Of a stretch of DNA of 64,000 nucleotides, positions 25,888 to 38,817 are shown one piece after another. Made by a program: the position numbers and the translations under genes. Location: the NCBI GenBank assembly GCA_903813345.2, contig CAIIXF020000001.1, forward strand, positions 33,108,001-33,172,000. The letters run 5' to 3'. The notes beneath the pieces were generated by a model, which did not search any database, was not told where the DNA came from, and worked only from the letters and a program-made list of their open reading frames with translations. This stretch comes from Owenia fusiformis. Taxonomy: Eukaryota. Within the stretch, counting starts at the first letter, position 1. Every line of letters starts with the position of its first letter.

Positions 25888-26422
25888 CACGCGGTACTAA
25901 CTCACTGGGGAGTATCGAAACCAAAACGCCCCGCAAAACCGTTAATTTGAATTTTAAACCTACCCTTTCTTTAGAAAATCAATGATTGTGAGTCTCACAG
26001 TACACCGTTTTTCTTCAAACTTGTTCCATTAAAACCTTCACAGAAATACCTTTCACTCGGTACATTGTTTTTGTGTACAGAGTCGCTCGTTTTAGCGGCA
26101 TTTTGGTCCCCAGATGTGAGAAGATGCAAATCTTCAGAGATTTCAACCAAAAGCCTCGATATATCGCCAGTTCTTTCAATATTCTCCCCTATATTTTGCA
26201 CAAGGACTCCTATTACAACCCTCCATCTCTGCATCAACATATTTTTTACATTAAACAAAGGTATTTCTGTGAAGGTTTTTATGGAACAAGTTTGAAGAAA
26301 AATGGTGTAGTGTGATACTCACAATCATTGATTTTCCAAAGACAGGGTAGATTTGAAATTCAAATTAACGGTTTTGCGGGGCGTTTTGGTTTCGATACGC
26401 CCCGGTGAGTTAGTACCTCGTG
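25888..26422. mobile_element. Transib-like palindromic MITE
   Basis: ATTAT|CACGCGGTACTAACTCAC ... GTGAGTTAGTACCTCGTG|ATTAT; ~165-bp TIRs; 5-bp TSD. Confidence 0.82.
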
Positions 26423-27189
26423 ATTATATCAGTAACAAATACATAAATAAAAAATAAAGCATTGAGTTCTGGTTTATTATAAAAGTATTGGGATATCCGA
26501 ATCTGAACGATGTCTCAGGGGAAAGGTTTCAGCAAATGCTCATAACATATTATTTTTGAAAGACAATTGATAGCCATTGATCTGTACTTATTTTCTATTT
26601 GTGCCAGACAAAAACATTGATATCATTAGAGACTTGCGAGTGAACAAATCAATATTTAATACCATATGATTTCAATGTTATATGAACATTATGTCTGTCA
26701 TTTCAATTCGTTAAAGTGATAGATCATCTAAGATGGTGAGTAAAAACGTGTAAAATCCATATTTTGTATTTCAGTAAATGTTTCATTCATGGTATTTCCA
26801 AACATCCTGATATCTAAAAAAAACTGGTAAGAAGGTGGATAAAAGTGGAGATATGAATATTATGTTCATATTTTGAATCAATCTAGATTTATTGTAAAAG
26901 AGTTGTAAAAGAGTTGTATTCATATACATGTACATTTGCTGAAACATTAAAATCCAAAGTTGCTGTCAGTCCATTGTAGGCATGGTAAATGAAGAATAAA
27001 AAGTGTTTAGTCTCTATTTATTCTTGAAAATAGTATATCTATTTTTTCTTGAAAATAATAGTTTCGTATAATTCTCAGGTGGTAGTTCTGCTTTACAAAC
27101 TGTAATTATCAAAAGCACTCTTGCAGTAAAATATGTATTCACAATAACAACAACACTATGACCACGTTAACATTGTATTATAATATATA

Positions 27190-27801
27190 GAAAACCGCAT
27201 TGTATAAAGGTTTAACTACCGCATTTTTCAAAATCTACCGAAAAATACCGCATTTCGGCAAATCTTCCGCAAAAGTACCCGTTTTTCAAAAAATTACCGT
27301 AAAAACTACTGCAATTTTCAAAATCTACCGAAAAACTACCGCATTTTTTCAAAATCTTCCGCAAAAGTACCGGTTTTTCAAAAAATTACCGTAAAAACTA
27401 CCGCAATTTTCAAAATCTGCCGTAAAACTACCGCATTTTTTCAACATTTTCCGCAAAACTACCGGTTTTTCAAAAAACTAACGTAAAAACTACCGCATTT
27501 TTTCAAAATCTACCGTAAAACTACCGCATTTTTTCAGAATCTTTCGCAAAACTACCGGTTTTCAAAAAACTACCGTAAAAACTACCGCATTTTTTAAAAT
27601 CTACCCTAAAACTACCGCAAAATTACACTTTTTTCAAAAATCTACCCCAAACCTCTGAAACTACCGTTTTTTTCTAGAATCTACCGCAATTTTGTTGAAA
27701 AATACAGCAAAAACTACCGTATTTTGAAAAAATCTACCGCAAAAATACATTAATTTAAAAAAAATCTACCGCAAAATTTTGGTCTTAGGTTGGCAGGTAT
27801 G
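27190..27801. mobile_element. hAT (Blackjack-like) right end with subterminal array
   Basis: ~30-bp aaaactaccgcattttttcaaaatctaccg array ending in AGGTTGGCAGGTATG. Confidence 0.6.
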
Positions 27802-28153
27802 CACATTTATCATTGTTAATCTTAAATAACTTCAATTGATAACTGAATTTTGTCATCCCCTTAATAGATTGATTCTACCTTTGAATAAGAACTTTAGTTT
27901 CATATGAAAGTTATATTATACTAAATTATGATTTTCCCAAATTAAACAACAAAATTAAGAATTCTGAAAAATTGATTTACTGATTTTAGTTTTTAAGCTA
28001 CGTGATGAAAAAAAGAAAAAGGAATAATGACGAATAGTGACAAAGATAATTGACAGAATGATAGAAATGTAAGATTTGACTCAGTTCTTGACCTTGGCTT
28101 TTCTGTGTCCAAATTTTATATTAAAGGAGCTTCAAGGCCTCGTCTATTGAAGG

Positions 28154-28354
28154 CAGGCCCGTAACCAGGGGGGGGGGGGGGTTCGGGGGGTTCGGGCGAA
28201 CCCCCCCTGGCCAAAATTTCTTTCAAAATCATGCAGTTTTCACCATTCTGACTATTTTTTGAGTGATTTTTGGCCAAATTTGCTAATGTGAACCCCTCCT
28301 AGAATTTTTTGGAAAAGTGAACCCCCCAGTTGGAAAATTCTGGCTACGGGCCTG
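28154..28354. mobile_element. Short hAT-like MITE
   Basis: TIR CAGGCCCGTAACCAG/CTGGCTACGGGCCTG; gaaccccc repeats; no clear TSD. Confidence 0.65.
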
Positions 28355-29810
28355 GTTGGGTTTCATTTATTTTATTTGTATCCAGTCTTTATCTCGTATA
28401 TTTACAATTCATAATTTTCTTGAGCTCCATAGATTTAACAGAGGGATATCATCATATCGATTTTTTAAACTTCGAAACATCATAACTTCTGAACCGGAAG
28501 TCAAATCGAAATTTGATTTGCAGATTTAGATTTCTGGGAAAATTCTACCCTTATTTCATAACTCATGCAATAAATTTCGCGATTTTTTTATTTTGACCCT
28601 CTTTAAGGACACCATATCTCAAAAGTGGGTCAAAATACGTTCTGACGACTAAAAGCTAACACTATTAGCACACTCTTTTCCACCTATATACAAAATTTTG
28701 AAGCAAATCATGAAAGTGTAGTGTCAGAATCGCAAAAATAAGTAAAAACTATGACTTTGACCTAGATTTTGACCTAGGCATTTTGGTGTCCAAATATTGA
28801 AACTTGGTAGCTTTTGAGGTCTTTTATAGGAATTCATTATCTTAAGCTGAACTCAGTCTATATCTTGTATTTTACACTTCAAAAAAGTATTTTTTCCTAT
28901 TGACTTAACATGGGGCACCAAATTTAGTGATTTTGAGCTTTCAAACCACCATTTCTTCTGAACCGGAAGTCGGATCTAAATTTTGTTTGCAGATTCTACC
29001 CTTATTTCATAGCTCATTTGTTAAATTTGGAGAACTTTTTAGTTTGACCTACTTTCCGAGCGCCATTTCTCAAAATCAGTAAGAGTAATCAAAAAATGGA
29101 TGGCACACTCTCGATTTGTTTTTTTCTAAGCTATATAAAAAGATGTACATCTAGGTGTTACAATAAATAATGACGAAGATAATTGACAGAATGTTAAAAA
29201 TGTAAGATTTGATCTAGTTCTTGACCTTTGACCAAGATAAAAATTTGACCTAATTTCCCAGAAACAAGGTTACTGGGCTATGTTAGCCATGTAAGTACAT
29301 GTAGGTTAAAGTAAGTTCTTCTAGTTGCTGAGAAAAAGTGTTCGGAAAGAAAGAAAGAATAAGAAAACTGACTCCAGATTTTCAATGCCATCTTTGTATC
29401 TCCTTCTAGATTCAACTGGCTTCCACTTTAGACAGTCAAGAGTTTTGAAGTATTTGATCTTGTAATGCTCAAGAGCAGCTGAGTTTTGTTACTTACTAAT
29501 TATTATTATATACCTCAAATGTATTCTAGATGCTCATTGGCTTATTCATGGTCACATGACATGGAATAGATGAACTAATTCCCTGGAAAGTCCTAAATCC
29601 CTGCTTTCAGGGAAGATGAATTGTACTAATCACCAGTTAGGTCATGTGACCAGTCAATAGTACATTTTATCTTCCCCCAAATCTGAGATTATAGGAGTTG
29701 AAAGGTAAAATGCCTTTAAATGCCAATAAGAACCTGTGAACATTTGATATTGAAATAAAAACTTCTCATTTTGTTTTTGTTTACAGAGTACTTATCAGGT
29801 ATATAATAAA

Positions 29811-29983
29811 ACAAATAGTGACTGCCACATTTTTGGGAAATAGTGTAAAAATTTTCCTCTCGGGAATATCCTGTCCACTGACTTGTTCCCTCGGCCTGCA
29901 GCCTCGGGAACATGTCAGTGGACAGGATATTCCCTTGAGGAAAATATTTTGCACTATTTCCCTCAATGGCAGTCACTATTTGT
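29811..29983. repeat. Long hairpin, part of a Crypton-like non-autonomous element
   Basis: acaaatagtgactgcca ... tggcagtcactatttgt palindrome with a GC-rich loop. The family label is inference. Confidence 0.7.
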
Positions 29984-30373
29984 ACACTAATGGTCAATAA
30001 ATATTTCAAAAACCGGTTGCTTTAAAATATTATCAGCTTAGTACTGTATGGAAGTCTCTACTTGAGTCTAGTTCATAGTACCAGTTAATATTTGTATGAT
30101 CTTTACAATGGTATACTTAAATCTGAGACATTTATATAGTTTACATTAAGAGGGGTGTGAGTGCATAATCGGTAGACACCCTGAAGTGTACTCTACACAA
30201 GGAAAATAGAAATATTATTTGGAATTACAAGATAAATGAACACATTTACAGTGATTAGTGGTTGGTTCCTTAGATAGTATATGACTGGCTTGAATTATAT
30301 CATACAGCTAAATAACCATTTACTGTGTTTGTTTAGAGTTGACATCTGTGTTTATTAATTTGTTTACTTTCAG

Positions 30374-30407
30374 ATTTCCCTCCTTCCAGTTCCTGGGATT
30401 TGGACAA
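30374..30407 (+). CDS. SLC35D1: SLC35D-family transporter, exon 2
   Basis: tttcag acceptor; (K)FPSFQFLGFGQ; GTAAGT donor. 34 nt, phase-compatible with exon 1. Confidence 0.92.
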
Positions 30408-30739
30408 GTAAGTGACTTTTAAAAATATCCACCTCAGAATGAGTCCAGTCAAGTATTCTTTAACATCGATCGGATGAAGAACGATATTATGATTTATGAC
30501 TTATCTTATGCCCAGTAGAGTTTTAGGGAGATAAGTTGATAAGATGTATTTCATATCTTGATTTTGAGGTTTCCATATCCAGAATCTCCATATCTCCAAA
30601 CTACTGGGTATAGGATAAAGCAGTTATGTACAGTCGGTCTGGATATGAGGTTTATCCATAACCCTTATAATAGTGGTCCCACACCCTCAATGAGGATCAA
30701 CTTTAAACCAAGACAGGTTGTCTTAATTCATATCAGAGT

Positions 30740-30907
30740 CACTAGGGGGTATTGTGATGCAACAACACTGTGTTGTGTTATTGAGAAACTCGTCTTAGAA
30801 ATGGGTTTAAATTGGGGAAACAAAATATTGTACGAAAATCTATCACCGGAAGTCTGGCCATCTTGATGCAACAACACGGTGTTGTTGCATCACGATACTC
30901 CCCAGTG
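30740..30907. mobile_element. Transib-like mini-MITE
   Basis: AGAGT|CACTAGGGGGTATTGTGATGCAACAACAC ... GTGTTGTTGCATCACGATACTCCCCAGTG|AGAGT; 5-bp TSD. Confidence 0.8.
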
Positions 30908-31478
30908 AGAGTGGGTGAATTCCTGAAGCAGAGAATTTCTGTTTTCTCAATTTATTGCTTTCATTTTTCAACATGAATTCTAATTTTGAAATATGTTTAT
31001 ATCTCAGAAATTACCACAGCATACATTAGATATTTACAAATCAATTCCCTTGTCCCTCTTAATTTTGTCACCACATTTCCAGGAACCTTTTGACAGATTG
31101 ATTTCAAATTTTCAGGGATGTTCCTCCATATTAAAATCTAGAACTGATTAGTTTTTGGGCATGGTGGGTAAAAGTCTTGTCTACATGTTTCCAGGTGAAT
31201 CGTTTCATGGATTGATTTCAAATTTTCAGGGATATTTTTTATACAAGAAAAACTGATCAGTTTTGGGCATTTTTGGTAAATGATAAGGCAGTCGTTTTGG
31301 ATTATCCTTCCTAAAATCGTGTCTGCATTTCCAATTTTCTTGGTTGTTTCTGAATTCTTTATCCTCTGACTAACTAGATTTAATCTGTACTGCTGTATTT
31401 AGTCAGGTGTAGTATTGTTTACTCAACATTTCTCCAAGACTTATACCACTAGTATTTTTATGTTATTGAACATTTCAG

Positions 31479-31565
31479 ATGTTGTTCACAGTTATTTTGC
31501 TGTTTATTGGGAAGAGAGTGGGCATCATCACATATCCTGATTTATCCTTGGACATTCCAAAAAAA
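31479..31565 (+). CDS. SLC35D1: SLC35D-family transporter, exon 3
   Basis: tttcag acceptor; MLFTVILLFIGKRVGIITYPDLSLDIPKK; GTGAGT donor. 87 nt. Confidence 0.92.
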
Positions 31566-32570
31566 GTGAGTACATGTATGTGTATATTGCAAATAAATCA
31601 ATGCTTAAAAAAGATGCCTTTAATTGTGAGTAATTGTTATCATACTCTTGTTTTCACTCCATCATCCTTATCTATGCATCTATTATCGCTTCATTTGTCT
31701 GTCATCTTTGGAAAACATGCATGTATGACTATTTGGATGCTTGAAAATCCCTTGGATGGAATAAGTTAAATATATAGAGATTATCCTATATGAGGTTCAG
31801 GATATTGGGATTATCCCGAGGCTAATATAATATATCTGCCTGAGGGCCGTAGGTCCCGAGGGTAGATATAATTTATTGGCCAAGGGATAATCCCACTATC
31901 CTGAACCGACTATAATATACCAATCTTGGTCATCTGGTTCACATTGTTCAATTTGTTCAAAATATTTCCAACCAACCATGGAAATATTTTAGAATATTCA
32001 TGTCCAGTTTTTTTTCGCACTTTGAAAAAGTGCTATATTGTCGTCGTCTTGTGCTGTTGGGCGGGCGGGCGGGCGGGCGTGCGGGCGGCACATAAACCAA
32101 ATCTTGTCATCAAATTTCCAGGATAACTGCTTACCTGTTCAACTTGAAATTTTTACAGATGCAAGAGCAGACTAGTACCAAGATCTGATTAGGTTAAGGG
32201 CATGCTGGGTAAACTACGTGGCGGCCATTTTGAATCATCAAAATTCCAGGAAAACCACTTATCCGTTCAACTTGAAATTTTTACAGATGCAAGAGCAGAC
32301 TATTGCCAAGATCTGATTAGGTTTTGGGTATGCTGGCTGAATTACATGGTGGCCATTTTGAATTTTTCAATTTGGTGGCCATTTTGAATTTTTCAACTTG
32401 CTCCAAATTGACCAAATCTTTTTTTTAAAAACATCTACAAGTTCTCAGAAGTTCAAATCTGACCTTAGATTTCAGATTTGACCTTTCATTCACCTTCAGT
32501 GACCTTGAAAAGGTAAAAAAGTTGATTTTCTAAATTGATATTTTGGATTTAAATTTAGGTTAGCTTAATT

Positions 32571-34742
32571 CACGGGGTGCCATCGAATAATTTTGGCAAC
32601 GTACCGGAGAACGACATTTTACTAAGAAATGGCAATAATTTAGCACAATATATTTTTAACTCGAGTTCTACTTTGATTTTGACAAAAGTAAGTATTCCAT
32701 GCAATGGCTATTTCATTCATGAGTTTGAAGGAATTCTGTTAGAACCCAGTTCTGATCAAGTACGAAGTTATTGAAATCGGCGCAGTCGGACTTTACTCCG
32801 AAAGATGGTTTTTCGATTATAACTTTTTACAACAGTTAAGTATAGACTTTTGAAAAAAGTACAGAATAGTCCTTATACTATTGAATAATTCTGTTATTTC
32901 TGATTCACACGACTCTGATTTGTAAAGTTTTAAAAATATTACTTAGGAACGTAACCAGAGCTGGGAACGTAACCGGAGCAGATCAGTTGAATTATATAAT
33001 TTAAAAAAATACAATATATGATTTAAAGCATATATATTATTTACAAACACATATGAATGTTAAAATGAGCATTTATTACCCTTCACTTACAGGAAAATCA
33101 ATGCATGGCAATTAGTATAAATTAGAAATTAATTAGAAATTAGTATAACAGAGTGGGTTCTAATAGTTCGCTGAACAAATACAATAGGTGAAATCAAATG
33201 GAATTATTTGCTTACTACATTTAATCACTTCATTCTCCATACAATGATTGTTCTATGTTTGATAGCCTTTCTAAGGTAAGTGCACTTATGCATGGTAAAT
33301 ACCAAATTTAATTTTTCACAATGGATAAATTTTTTTCTTTAAATAAAATGTAATAAATACGCATTCGAACAATCCCGTATGTTTTTAAATTAGTATATGT
33401 GCTTTAAGTCTGTAACGGGGCGAGTGTAAGGCCCGTGGGTGGCAAATAAAAGTAACAGATAACTAAAGTTAAAACATATAAAATAGTCTATTTCAAATAA
33501 ACTTCAAACGTTCTCTGTACAATCTATATTATCATCTAACTCTAAGCAACTACTGAGGCTGGGCCAACACCCAAACTCAGCTACATGTGAGTGAATGCTA
33601 TTATATGGAATACAAAAACAGTACGAAACAATCACACCATGAAAAGCTAAAAATTGCTTTAACCTTTAGCAGACCACCGGCGACCGCGTCCGCCCATTCA
33701 AAATTACCGCCAGAATCCACCGGCGGATCAGGACGACACAAATCTAACTTTTGAAAACTTTACTTTTTCCCGCCGTTCTTATGATCCAATTAGATTGCCC
33801 GATTTATTCAGTCCTTAGTAGGTGACTTCCTGTTGACCTAGAAATGGCGATGTTTCGAAAAATATTTCTCAATTCAACAATTTAAACAGTGTTTAAGTCG
33901 TTTTTAGTGAACAAATCGTACAAAATGACGGCCAAATACGATCACAACGAAAATGTGGAGGAAATGGATTGCGATTTCGAGCTCTTTAGGCTCTTGGAAG
34001 CCGATAATGGTCATCGAAAATAGAAACTAGAATATTTTCTGAACTGAAAAGAAGAACATTCGATCGCTGCAAATTCAGTTTTGGATTCTGACCAGACGTT
34101 GAATCTCCCCAGGGGCGAAACGGCAGATTCCGGAGGAGTATTCATGGTATATTTATGCCCAGTCGTGTTTATGTACGAAAAAAATTCATGAGAACATTTT
34201 TCTCATGAGCCAGGCTAGTGTATCTTCCCTTTGTGAAAATTTTATCCAGATTCATTCTGTAGTTATTGAGATATTAATTATTTAGTCCAGGCATATCATT
34301 TTTGAAAAATAAGTCAGATACGTGGGATATATTTGCTGAAATAAGTCAGAGTGCAGAAGGTTAAATAAAGGAAGATAAAGTAGAAAGTATACAAAAGAAT
34401 TGAAAACATTGGAATTAAATATTTGAAACACTGGTGTAAAGTAATAAAGGGACCTGTTAAAATGACATGGATGGGGATTGGTCAATATGAAAAGTAGAAA
34501 TATAAACAATGTGAAAATGACCATGTTACAAATCATATATTTTAATTTTTTTGATTAAATAATTCAACTGATCTACTCCGGTTACGTTCCCAGCTCCGGT
34601 TACGTTCCTAAGTAATATTTTTAAAACTTTTTTTTTAATTAAACAAATTAAATTATAACTTTTAATTTAACAAATTATTGCCATTTCTTAGTAAAATGTC
34701 GTTCTCCGGTACGTTGCCAAAATTATTCGATGGTACCCCGTG
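32571..34742. mobile_element. Transib-like non-autonomous element
   Basis: TAATT|CACGGGGTGCCATCGAATAATTTTGG ... CCAAAATTATTCGATGGTACCCCGTG|TAATT; ~70-bp outer TIR plus inner IR (32924-32996 vs 34558-34630); empty site at ~35347. Confidence 0.88.
33663..34360. mobile_element. piggyBac-like MITE, copy 2
   Basis: TTAA|CCTTTAGCAGAC ... GTGCAGAAGG|TTAA; homologous to 11640-12266. Confidence 0.85.
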
Positions 34743-36831
34743 TAATTACAAAACACCTACTGAGGTCTGAAAAAGTTAAATTTTCAAGGTCGAAGGTCAA
34801 GGTCATTAAACTAGGTCACAAATGATGTTATCCAAGTTTCTCAAAGTTTGAGACTACAAATCAATTCTTGTCATCAAAATTCCAAGAAAACCGCTAACCT
34901 GTTCAACTTGAAATTTTTACACATGCAATAGCAGACTAGTGCCAAGATCTGATTAGGTTTAGGGCATGCTGGGTAAACTACGTGGTGGCCATTTTGAATT
35001 TTTCAACAAATCTTGTCATCAAAATTCCAGGAAAACCACTCCTCCGTTCAACTTGAAATTTTTACAGATGCAAGAGCAGACTATTGCCAAGATCTGAATA
35101 GGTTTTGGGTATGCTGGCTGAATTACATGGTGGCCATTTTGAATTTTTCAATTTGGCGGCCATTTTGAATTTTTCAACTTGCTCCAAATTGACCAAATTG
35201 TTTTTTTTAAAAACATCTACAAGTTCTCAGAAAATCAAATCTGACCTTAGATTTCAGATTTGACCTTTCGTTGACCTTCAGTGACCTTGAAAAGGTCAAA
35301 AAGTTGATTTTCTAAATTGATATTTTGGATTTAAATTTAGGTCAGCTTAATTACAAAACACCTACTGAGGTCTGAAAAAGTTAAATTTTCAAGGTCGAAG
35401 GTCATCAAATTAGGTCACAAACAATGTTATCTAAATTTTCCCAAAGTTCAAGACTACAGATAAATTCTTCTCATCAAAATTGCAGGAAAACCGCTAACCT
35501 TGTCAACTTGAAATGTTTACAGATGCAAGAGCAGACTAGTGCCAAGGTCTGATTAGGTTTTGGCCATGCTGGGTAAATTGCATGGTGGCCAGTTTGCTCT
35601 TCAAAGTGCGATATTTATCACTGTGTGTCTTGTTTATCTTGGCCATGGCCAGATTTCCCTGTTCTTTCAGATATTCGCACATTTATTTTTTTGATTATTA
35701 ACAGGATGCTCCTTCTCTTCTTCAAACCATCAAACAGATCGTGATTTTCTTTGTTTTTCTCCATTGTCGTTTATACAGTAATAATGCGAATGTTACAACA
35801 AATGAACCATTATGCGAACGACGATTATGAGGAACAAGATGTAAAGCTATATCTGCTCGCTGATGAAAATGTGCTTTATGTACATGTAACACATCCAAGT
35901 ATGAGATAAAGTTATTTATCCCATACTTGGACGTGTTACAAGTATATAGAGATTATCCTATATGAGGTTCAGGATATTGGGATTATCCCGAGGCAAATAT
36001 AATATATTTGCCCGAGGGCCACAGGTCCTGAGGAAATATTTTATATTGGCCAAGGGATAATCCCAATATCCTGAACCGACTAGAGGATAATATGTTTATC
36101 CCATACAAATCTTGGTCATCTGGTTCACATTGTTCAATCTTGGAAATATTTTAGAATATTCATGTCCAGTTTTGTTTTCTTGGCCGTGGGCAGATTTTCC
36201 TGTTCTCTCAAATATTCCCACATTTATTTTCTCGAATTTTTTGATTGATTAAGTGGATGCTCCTTCCCTTTTTTAAACCATCAAACAGATCCCGATTGTC
36301 TGTGTTTTCTCCATTGTCGTTTACAGTCATTACGCGAACAATACAAATTATGAACAAATATGCGAGCGGCGATTATGACGTAGTGGGCAGATATACTATA
36401 TCTGCCCGCTCGGAGCGGGAAGTAAAGCTATATCTGCCCGCTGATTAAATTATAAGTTTTTACAAACCAGCTTTATGTACCTGTAACACGTCCAAGTATG
36501 GGGTAAATAGCTCAAATATTTTTCGTATGTCCCGCTCCATCGGAGCTCCGGGACATATAAATCGTATGTCCCGCACAAGCCGTCCTCCGGGACATACGAT
36601 GGCTGTATGTCCCGCCCCAAGAATTTACGTCATAAATATTTCAGCGCACTGAACTAAACAAATGACAAAGATGGCAGACGAACGAACGGAACAAAATGAT
36701 TATATATTTTGCAATTTAACACACCAGAGCATATGGGATACATGCTTATTATTTAAAACCTCATCAGGTATGGAATACAACAGTTATGCACGGTCGGTTT
36801 GGATACATGGAATATCCCTTGGGATATATAA

Positions 36832-37887
36832 TTATCCCATCGAACGAAGTTCGGAGGGATATAGGGAACGCCTCCGTCCGTCCGTCCGTCCATACGTCTG
36901 TCCGTACGTCCGTCCGTCCGTCCGTCTGTCCGTCCGTCCGTCCGGGCAATAACTCAAATACCGTTGGCCCGATTTTGTTCATATTTTGTACACATATACC
37001 TTATGGGGGTAGAAGTTCTGCTCGAAAGCCGATTTTCAAAATGGCCACTCATTTCAAAATGGCGGCCATTTTAGTGCCGATTTTACAGTAATTTAGGCGC
37101 AATATGTAAAACTGTTATATCAATATGTTTTAAATGTAAAAAAATTATAAAGGACATTAATAATGCTACAAATGTAGATATTAAAGAAGCACATGGCAGC
37201 CATCTTGAAAAATGGCGGCCTTTACTCGTCATTTTACAATTTTTGCTATAACTCAAAAAATAGTGGAGCGATTTTGTTCATATTTGGTATGTGAATACTA
37301 TAAGCATTGTACACTGTCTAAAGACACTTTTGGTAGAAGGTGGCCATTTGAAAAAAAATTGAAAAATGGCCACCATTTTAACGTATTTTACTATAACTCG
37401 AAAAGTAGTGGAGCGATTTTGTTCATATTTGGTATGTGAATACTATAAGTATGGCACACTGTCCTATGACACTTTTGGTAGAAGGCGGCCATTTTGAAAA
37501 TCTTTTGAAAAATGGCCGCCATTTTACTGTATTTTACTATAACTCGAAAAGTAGTGGAGCGATTTTGTTCATATTTGATATGTGAATGCTTTAAGCATGG
37601 CACATTGTCTAATAAAACTTTGGGGAGTAGTCGGCCATTTTGAAAAATGGCCACCATTTTTATGTGTGTTATTTTACAAATATGTGTGCGATTTTTCAAA
37701 AATTTTAGAGGTGGCTACTGAAAAGCATATTATTTCTTCTGATGACAACTTGGCTAATGAGCAACCATTTTGAAAATGGTGACCTTTCTGGTGTGTTGTT
37801 TTATGATATTTGCTATTCGTTTGTAAAAATGCCAGCCATTTCTGTTCGATGGGATTCGCTACGCTTTGGCGTTGCCGTTGTTCTGGT
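36832..37887 (+). mobile_element. Helentron/HINE (DINE-1-like) element
   Basis: ttatcccatcgaacgaagttcggagggata 5' hairpin; (ccgt)n microsatellite; ~150-bp tandem core; gttcgatgggat subterminal IR and 3' hairpin. Confidence 0.85.
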
Positions 37888-38817
37888 ATATCTTCCCTCG
37901 GTCCCTCGGGAAGATATATTGTATATCCCTTGGGATATTCCCTGTATCCAAAACCTCCCAGTGCATAACCCCTATATATGTTCCGCTCTGAGTGGGCAGA
38001 TATAGTATATCTGCTCGCTACGTCATAATCGCCATTCGCATATTGGTTCAACGTTCGCAGGCAATCACATCTTTTTGATGCTTTAAAAAGGGAAGGAGCT
38101 GTATGCCCTGTTACTAATCAAAGATTTAAAGAACAGGAAAATCAGGCAATGGCCAAGAAAACAAAACTGGACATGAATATTCTAAAATAATTCCACAAAG
38201 TGGAACAAAATGACCAAGATGGTATGGGATAAACAGATCATCCAATATCCTGAACCTCATATAGGATAATCTCTATGTATCTCACAATTTGGTGGGTTTA
38301 GGGTAGATAACACCCGGGAATATATATTATATCTTAGAAAGGGGCAGGATATATTGTATATGTGCCCCTTTAGTCCGATTGCGGGCAAATATCATATATC
38401 CATCTCGCTCCTTGGAACATGATTTTTATTTTTATGTCCCTGCCACATCGTGTGGGGCCATATTGTCGGCCTAGAGCTGACTAATGTTTTGGCATTCTGA
38501 AAATGAGAAGCAGATATAAAATATTAAAACATTTTGGTCATTTACTGTACTTGAGTTATAATCTTGTTTTTTCAATGTATTGAAGGAAAATGCTAAATAT
38601 AATTGATTATACTTTTAACAAGTGAAGGAGCATATTTATCCATGTTAATAATCAAAGATTCCAGAAAATAAATGTAGATGAATATCTGAAAGAATATGAA
38701 AATCCAGACATGCCAAGAAAACAAAACTGGACCCGAATATTCTTAAAGAATTCAAGTACAGTGGAGATTTTCTCGAACTTGGACCAATAGACTACTAGGA
38801 ATACGCAATACAATCGT

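Larger units (their letters stand above)
25040..29400. repeat. Modular HINE-like repeat interrupted by several insertions
   Basis: 25040-25350 matches 28490-28800 and partly 28960-29060; 28020-28095 matches 29165-29225; tgacct-rich; gaaa microsatellite near 29345. Confidence 0.5.
32012..35634 (+). mobile_element. Helentron/HINE-like element
   Basis: Inserted in a T-run; subterminal IR cgcactttgaa/ttcaaagtgcg; 5' hairpin; (ggcg)n microsatellite; internal tandem modules; empty site at ~36170. Confidence 0.8.
31772..38277. repeat. Cluster of hairpin-bearing (Crypton-like) elements: two direct copies and one inverted copy
   Basis: atatagagattatcctatatgaggttcagg starts at ~31772 and ~35945; its reverse complement ends at ~38277; internal hairpins such as gagggccgtaggtcccgaggg. 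Confidence 0.65.

Noticed and set aside
12978..27801. One 14.8-kb hAT element bounded by CAGACTTGCCAACC and GGTTGGCAGGTATG
   Set aside because: Flanks (atccaatg vs cacattta) show no TSD and the subterminal units differ, so these are more likely ends of two separate elements.
36662..37091. RPSV/TDGR-repeat ORFs (also 42361-42832)
   Set aside because: Produced by the (ccgt)n microsatellite of HINE elements.
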